64,000 nt of DNA from the human T2T-CHM13v2.0 reference genome, Homo sapiens, in assembly GCF_009914755.1 (NCBI RefSeq), contig NC_060929.1, one strand, 5' to 3'. Made by a program: the position numbers and the translations under genes. How positions within the stretch are numbered: the first letter of the stretch is position 1; each line of letters begins with the position of its first letter. The notes under the pieces were generated by a model. That model was not told where the DNA came from and made no database searches. It worked only from the letters and a program-made list of their open reading frames with translations. Positions 55,265 to 64,000 of this stretch are shown here, piece by piece.

Positions 55265-55480
55265 AGGCAGTATGGAGTGGTCAGGACGTTCACGTTAAAG
55301 AGACCAAGACTGGGAGTCCACCGGGTGGCTGGAATCTGATTCTGCTAAGTGTGAGCTCTGGAACCCCAGAGGAATCACCATTTTTTCTCCTTATTTTCCT
55401 CATCTGTGGAATAGGTCTACTAACAACTCTTCCTTCCCCATGGTATAGATGTCTTATATAAACCTTGCAGCATTATAGAA
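55265..55480 (+). mobile_element. MIR SINE relic
   Basis: TTTCCTCATCTGTGGAATAGG core with a MIR-like 5' part. Confidence 0.6.
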
Positions 55481-56039
55481 AGGGGATTTAAAGCAACGTT
55501 TTTTTTCCTCCTTATAATTGTGTTATTCTGTACAGAGGACAGAGATTTCTATATGAGAAGACAAAACCAAATGTATTCTCTGGGTAATTTTGTATTATCT
55601 ATAGAACCAGTGCTACTTAAAATGCCCACGTTTTTTCAGTCCTTAAAGTTTCATGAACTTTAGGGGCTCATAGAGAAGATAAGCTATGTTGACACCATTG
55701 ACCGTTTGCAGGTAGCTCAAGGTACAGTTGGTTCTGACCAGCCTGGAAACATGAGTCACAAGGTCAAATTATCTATTCCTCAGATCTGTCTCCCAGGAGA
55801 GAGCACCTACAGGAGGCTTGGTGTCCCAACAAGGTCACTGCCAGAGATTTTTGGAAGTTGGAAGCATCTGTCTCAACCTTAGGAAGATTCACTCGAGTAC
55901 TAGAGAGGTGAACATCACTCATCTCCCTGAAACAAGTTGATTCTTAATTACTCACTGCTCTAGTCACACCTCAGGTTCTAGAGAAAAGAATTAATGCAGA
56001 TATATAATCTTACTAGTGTTGTTGTTGTCAGCATTTTTT

Positions 56040-56465
<426 letters not shown>

Positions 56466-57479
56466 TAATGGTGTAAACTACAATTTATCTTTATGTATAC
56501 ATGAGCGAATGAAAGATGCATGACAAAATGAATCCATCACTTCACAACTTGAAAAGAAAGGGATTTACAGAGCCAATTGCTGTGCGAAATTCCCCTATGG
56601 GATGAATGATTACAGATGGCTCGCGTGCTCCTAGTGAGAGCAGCCGTCCTTCCTCCCTGCCAGCCCTGAGAATAGAGAATTATGAAAGCAGATAAGGCTG
56701 AAGGAAAGGAATTTAGGGGGTATTATTAATAATAAAGAGGAGATGACAAGTTGAAATGTGGTGATGATCAAAACCTAAAAGCTTCGTAACTCCAAATTGT
56801 GATGCACTTTATTGAGAAACCCTGTACGGTTTTATTGGTATAACTACAGTGTAAAGTTTCCTTTTATAATTGCCGTCCTTGAAAAATGGCTAAAATTTTT
56901 ATTGTGTTGTGGTTATAGAAACCTGCCATTTTTTTTTTTCGTAAACTAATAGTGTACTTCCCATAAAGGTAAATAAAAGAAAAAGAAACCAAAATATGGC
57001 TACAAAATAAAAGTAGGGTATAATTAAAATAATTATTGTAACTTAAATTGAAGGAATAAAATATAAATTGTTTTAGGAATGGCCCATGTAGGGAAACTTC
57101 AGAAAAATACCAGAAGCAAAAAACAACTTATGATTTTGAGGCTGAAGTATAATCACACAATCTTATCAGACTCAATTAATATGAGAGAAATTTGATAGGA
57201 CAATGAAATAACTAATATTGAGTAAAACCCTAATCAGGTTTCTCTCTTAGCACCAACCAATGCCTTGCCTTCATTTCTTTTTGTGAAATTGGTGGATTGC
57301 ATTACTCTTTCTGAGAGAAAGGAAGAATTATCAAGACATTTCTAATAAGATTTGCCCATGCATGAGGGTTCAAATAAAGAATCTCTTACGTGCTGTGCTC
57401 TTCCTGGCCCTGCCTCTCCCTCAACCAGCCCTCTTCCTGTGTCTTCCTAATGTCTCCGCCCCTTTGCTCTCTAAGGTGT

Positions 57480-57860
57480 GGCCATGATCGCTGCTTATCT
57501 GAGGACAGTGGCATGAGCTCCTCCCCCTGCCTAGGCTGCCTTTTCCACTCTCCCTGCCTCACTTCCATCTTTCCTGCCCATCTCAGCATAAACCTCACCC
57601 TGCCACGTGTCCTGGACTCCTGGTCTAAATCAGTCCTCCTGCCCCAGGTATTCTTTTTCATGGCTGCCCAATCTCTTCACTAATAGGACCCTTCACATCT
57701 TGGATTAATGAATATATTAGTTTTCTTGCGTGTTTATTATCTGTCTGCCCTGCTTGATAGAAATCTCCTTCAAGGCAGGAACCAAATTCCTTTTGGTTAC
57801 TAGACATGGACTTCAGCCTAGCACGTGGCCCAATGTTGTTCCTTTAAATATTGACTGCTT
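57480..57860 (+). mobile_element. L2 3' fragment
   Basis: TCTGTCTGCCC...CTTCAAGGCAGGAACC...GCCTAGCACGTGGCC...TAAATATTG. Confidence 0.65.
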
Positions 57861-57964
57861 GGAACATGGTGCAATGTCCTCAGTCACTATAGAATGAGAT
57901 TCCATTAAAACCTGATGATTCCTTTGTGTTAGGCTCTAATTTCTTTTTAGAAAAACTTCAGAAC

Positions 57965-58540
57965 GCTTTTATTGATTGCCTTTGAATCCCACGAACAGCT
58001 GTGAAGTTGAAGGGATAGTTGTCCCCATTTTATATAGGAGGAACTTGAAGCCAGAAATAAAACAACTTGTCCTAAGTTACCTGAAAAGTGGCAGACTCTG
58101 GTCTCGAGTCCAGTGTTCATGTCTAGTAATATGCTTTATATTAATAGTAATAATCTGTCATTGAGTAAGTACTGCCTGGAGTTTAATTCATCTTTTGATC
58201 CTACTATCAAAACAATATTCTGATTACCTTTATAGAGAAGTGAGAATACCCACAGCAATATCTATTTCTAGAAGAGCTTCTACAAATTCTGGCATCCTGG
58301 AAGCCTGCAAAATACTTAAAAAAACCTGAAAAATAATAATGATTCCTCTGCTAGTTTCTTCCTATACAATATCATATTCTTTCCAGCAGTGGAGAGAGGT
58401 AGAATTGTCTCCTTCTTGTAGAAATGAGAAAAACCAAGGCTCAAGAAATTATGGAAATTGTCTTTGGTCACACAGCAGATAAATATAAAGATTAGATTTG
58501 AAGTCAGGTATCTATGATCTACTCCAAAGCAGCACTTGAT
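57965..58540 (-). mobile_element. Two MIR relics
   Basis: CCCCATTTTATATAGGAGGAACTTGAAGCC and AAATGAGAAAAACCAAGGCTCAAG...GGTCACACAGC. Confidence 0.65.
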
Positions 58541-58823
58541 CCGCTGATCCACAGAATATTAGACCTCAGAGAGTAACCCTTTGTGCCTCCAAATTAATTT
58601 CTCCAATAAAGCAAAAGACATTGACATCCTAACAAAGAGTCTTCATATCACATAAATATCTATGTTTACAACGACCCTCGTAAGTATTCCTTAGCAATAC
58701 TTACTGATTATTTTGCAATTAATTTACAATTATTTTTGCATATTAATTCATTTCTTTTCTGAAAGACAATCATCAGTTTTGATGAGATGTGAAACAAGCT
58801 TGAATTAAGGTGATCAAACAGGC

Positions 58824-59668
<845 letters not shown>

Positions 59669-62383
59669 CAGCCCCTTCCCTTTGCTTGTAGTTGTCTTGT
59701 TTCTATGGATGCAACAACTGTCCTCTGAAGGAATGCCTACATTAGCAGGGCTCAGCTGTTTCTAAGATAACAGAGGTTAAAAGGGTGCTTTCTAAAAGTT
59801 TACCTAGATATAACTGAACTTTGGGGGGTTTAAAGTAGATCATACTTATTTCACTCATTTTTAAACCCTGAAAATTCTTTCTATGCGATATTCTTGGGGA
59901 GAGGTTGGTATTGTGTTTTAGTCAGCATTGGGACTATTCGATATTTGTTTCATCATGTTTTAATTTGTGAATTTGATAAAATGGCATCTTCAAGTTGATT
60001 TCATTTCAGATACACCATGGGATTTTTCAAGAAAGTATTTCTAGCTTCAACTATAGTAACCCCTATTTAAAATTACATATATTTGAATGTTTAGATTCTT
60101 GAAATATTGGCCATTATCTTTTTAACAGTAATTTAATATTTCAAACTAATTTGAAATATTATCGATGACCTGTGGCATCTTTGAACTTACACTCTAAGAG
60201 TGGGATGATTACTCAAATGAGTTCCCCCATAGTAATTTACAAAGGTACATGATTTGTGGAGATACCTAAATCACTTTTGGCATGGTGCTTCTAAGTACGG
60301 GGGACTTTAATGCTAGGAAGATCATTCTTGTGTCTCCAATATCAGAAAATATACCATTTTATTGAGGAAGTTGTCTCAATTCAAGAAATAGTTGTAGCAT
60401 ATGGGTAGTGCATCGAGTGCTGTCCTGGTTCTGCTAGAGGTATTGCCCATAAAGTCTCTCATTAAGTCTAAAGGAAAAAGCATGGCCATATATAAACACG
60501 AAGCCCATTCTAATGGTGAATATCACAATAAAAAGAAGCACAGAAGGCGATCACAGATTAGCTGAAGGGAAAGCTGCCTCTGTCTGTGAACGAGGTTTCA
60601 TGATGGAGTAATATGGCTGCTCCACTTTGAATGGAGGGAGCTGGAAAGTGGGAGGACATGAGCCCAGAAATGGGAACGCCCAGGTAGTGTGGTCTCAGGA
60701 TGCCCATATTGTACTTCTAGAGAAACTAGTGAGGAGATTGTGAAGGGCTTGGGGTGTTGGGCTGAGGGGTGTGTAGGCCACAAGGAACCATGCTGGTTGG
60801 ATGAGATGGCCCCCACCCTTGAGGGGCTTCTGCCTGATGTGGGAGATGGACCTGATGGACCGATAGAGTCAATGAAGTGGTGGATGCAATTCCAGAGACA
60901 TGCACGAGCTGTTGAGAGAGCCAAGAGGGGCCTTTCCAAGGTCAGACCAGTAGATGCTTTCCTGGTAAACAGAGTGGATAATTAGGGTTACTTGCAAAAA
61001 CAGAGTAATTTTACCATCATTAGTAGTGACTATATTTCCTTTTCAAAATTATGTTACAAAAGGGAATAACAAAGCTATGGGTTTCAATTAGTTTACATTC
61101 TTATTTTGTTCTAAAATGATATTTGGTAATCTGTTATTCCAACAACTGACTTTTCCTAATTGGAGGAGAGAATATTACTTTTAATGCTTTAACTCAAAAT
61201 GTTCTAAGCTCTACAAAATGAATATATACATATTTTTAAGGTAGAATTTACAAATGCCAGATCTACAATTTACTTCTTCTGGGATTAAAAAGACTTTGGA
61301 AGCTTTGCCTTTTAATGAAAATAATTTCAGTCATATTAATAACTCATTGTTTTAAACATTGAATAAAATGAGTTATTCAAGAACAGAAAATATTTAAATT
61401 TGCTTTAAAAAAAACTTGTGAACAATTTATGCTATGTGGTTTGCTAATCTAACTGTCGAGTAATTGTTTTATCATTTTAAAAATCCAAAAGTGAAACTGG
61501 AATGCTCAGGCTTTGTGTTCCATCTTTGTAATTGACATGCCGTGTTAGACTCCAAACTGGTTCCATATCTTTCAGGTTTTGATACATGAGAAGAATTTTA
61601 ACCTGGACTTTCTCTCTAGTAGCAATCAATGTATGCAGTAAGCAATTCATGGTGCCACAAGGAGAAGGAAACCCACGCTTTTGTCATAAGTACAAATCAA
61701 TTACTTTTGCTTATTTTACACCTTTGAATCATGTATTTATTCATCATTAAGATTTTAGTGTATATAAGGACAAAGTGTTAGCTACTGAAAATAATGCAAA
61801 ATGCTAAGAGATGAAGAACTTTTTTCATAAGGGCACAGTCTATTTAGGGATACTAAATATGTAAACAGATGTGTATGATAAAAGGGAAACAGGACAAGTT
61901 CCACTGGAGAGTCCACAACTTTAAGGAAGACAGAGGAATGAGTGACTGCTTCTGCCTGGAGGGTCAGTTACCTTGGAAATAGGAGAAACTGGGTTTGTCC
62001 TTGAAAGCTGATGTTAGAGCGGAACTGTTCTTTCCTGCCCAGACGTTTCCTTCTGTGTGGGAAGAGCCTAATAAGTGTAACACGCTGACCTCTGTCCCCC
62101 TTTCCTCTCTCTGTACTAAGATTTATGAAATTACTGCATTGATAATTAATGGAGACTGTCGCTGTTGACTGTGCGCTTCCCTTTTTTGCTCTGGGGTGTG
62201 AACTTGCCTGCAGGGAGTGCGGTTCTGCTCTGCTGGTTTAGGCTTCGTCTTACCTGGGCAGGTGGCTGTTGTCCAGAGGCCTGTCCCAGTTGGTCATGAC
62301 TAACGACTGGGTGGATAGGTCTGTGAAACTCTGAAATTAGTTGGCAGTTCCAGTTGACCTGTAATCATTTTTTCTATCTTATT

Positions 62384-62735
62384 CTGTGTTAGAACCTACC
62401 AGGCAGCCATTGAAATTCCTCGTCACCTTGCATGGAAATGGGAGTGTCCCGGCACCAGGCTAAGCTGCATTTTCCAGCCTCTCTTGCTGTTGGACGTGTG
62501 CTACCTGGTGGGGGAGTCACAGCCATGAGACGTGAGAAGTGACACCAAGGCTTCTGAGCATTGTGTGTGACCTTCCTCTTCACTCTTTCCCCTACAGTGG
62601 CTGGATGCAGATGAAGACGAAGCCCTGCGGATGGGTGTGCTGCGAGTTGAAACGATCCTAGGCTCTGAATCGTTGTGCAGAGCAGTTCTACATGCCAACA
62701 AAACCACGTGCCTTGGACTGCAATTTTTATTAAGT
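62384..62735 (+). mobile_element. Old MLT1 (I/J-like) or ERVL LTR fragment
   Basis: CTGCATTTTCCAGCCTCTCTTGC...CCTAGGCTCTGAATC...TTGGACTG. Confidence 0.5.
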
Positions 62736-62778
62736 ACTCGATATTTTTTCATATACATAGTAAAAACATATAAAGGGT

Positions 62779-63509
62779 TGTAACCATCCAATGGGTTCAC
62801 CTTGCCCACTGCCTAGACAGAGCCAATTGATCAAGACAGGGGAATAGCAATGGAGAAAGAGTGATTCAGGCTTAGCCAGCTGTGTGGGAGACTGGGGTTT
62901 TATTGTTACTCAAGTCAGTCTCCCTGAGCCTTCCGGGATCCGCGTTTTTAAAGACAATTTGGTGGGTAGGGGCTCAGTAAGTGGGGAGTGCTGATTGGTC
63001 GTGCTGGAAATGGAATCGTAGGTGGCCGTATTTAGGTTTTCTTGGTGTCTTCTGTTCCTGGGTGGGATTGCAGAAAAGATTGAGCCAAATTACAGGCCTG
63101 GGTGGTGTCAACTGATCCATCAAGTGCAGGGTCTGCAAAATATCTGAAGCACTGATCTTAGGCTTTACAATAGTGATGTTATCCCAGGAGCAATCTCGGG
63201 AGGTTCAGATTCTGACAGCCAGAGGCTGCATGACCCCTAAACCTTAATTTCTAATCTTGTAGCTAATTTGTTAGCCCTACAAAGGCAGACTGGTCCCCAG
63301 GCAAGAAGGGAGTCTTTTTGGGAAAGGACTATTATCAATTTTCTTTTAGAGTCAAACTATAAACTAAATTCCTTCCCAAGGTTAGTTTGGCTGATGCCCA
63401 AGAATGAACAAGGACAGCTTAAAGGTTAGAAGCAAGATGGAGTCAGTTAGGTCTGACCTCTTTCACTGTCATAATTTCCTCAGTTATAATTTTTGCAAAG
63501 GTGGTTTCA
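62779..63509 (-). mobile_element. LTR8 (LTR8A/B-like) ERV1 solo LTR, full length
   Basis: Reverse complement TGAAACCACCTTTGCAAAAATTATAACTGAGGAAATTATGACAG...TGGTTACA; 4-bp TSD GGGT/AGGT. Confidence 0.92.
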
Positions 63510-63874
63510 AGGTCAGAAGCAATTATATTTCTAGGCTAATTTAGTCCTGTATTTGCAGATCCTGTTGACTTGAGATACTGGGTAAATTAGTAAACACAAA
63601 CAGCATCATTTGGTTCAATATAGGGCACCTCATTTAAACTATTTTATTAATTAATGACAAAAATGTAGCAATTAGTTTATTTCTACCGTCTCAAAAATGG
63701 TTAAATTGCTCTAAATCATTCTGTTTCTGATTTGTTGTGAACATTTTGGTGAATTGGCACACAGTTAACTCTCACAGTGACAGGGAATGCCCTGAGCGGG
63801 TGCAGTGGATTTCTTTGACCTATGCAGCAACACCTGCCATGGCCCTGAGATACAGGGTAATGTGCTGTTGCTGT

Positions 63875-64000
63875 TGCATGGTTAGAGTCAGAAAACAAGA
63901 GTTTGGGAAAAGCGGGTAAGGAAAAAAACTCTACCTCTTACTAACTGTACAAACTCAGCAAGCTATTTAACCTCCGTGATCCTCATTATCTTCATTGGTA
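63875..64000 (+). mobile_element. MIR relic
   Basis: CTCTTACTAACTGT...GCAAGCTATTTAACCTCCGTG..CCTCA. Confidence 0.6.

Overview
Primate (human-like) non-coding genomic DNA. I find no intact protein-coding gene; nearly all ORFs in the track are Alu, L1, LTR or mariner read-through, or chance. The window is a mosaic of interspersed repeats: about 15 Alus or Alu fragments, several L1s (three with internal inversions), about 16 solo LTRs (MST, THE1, MLT1, MER41, MER54, LTR33, LTR40, LTR8), one full-length Hsmar1 mariner, a MER94 element, L2/MIR relics and a full-length processed U1 snRNA pseudogene. Most notable: (i) an old ~760-bp direct duplication of apparently unique sequence (18371-19131 and 21185-21945), each copy holding a minus-strand AG...GT-bounded 501-nt block; (ii) a MER41 LTR retaining both STAT GAS motifs, with an apparently A/B-intermediate structure; (iii) two promoter-like GC/CpG patches (~23.4 kb and ~49.6-50.1 kb); (iv) a speculative chain of decayed minus-strand exon-like segments. 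Repeat subfamily calls come from remembered consensus sequences and need Dfam/RepeatMasker confirmation; boundaries of old repeats are approximate. I could not identify the locus, and the sequence alone does not demonstrate a new biological system.
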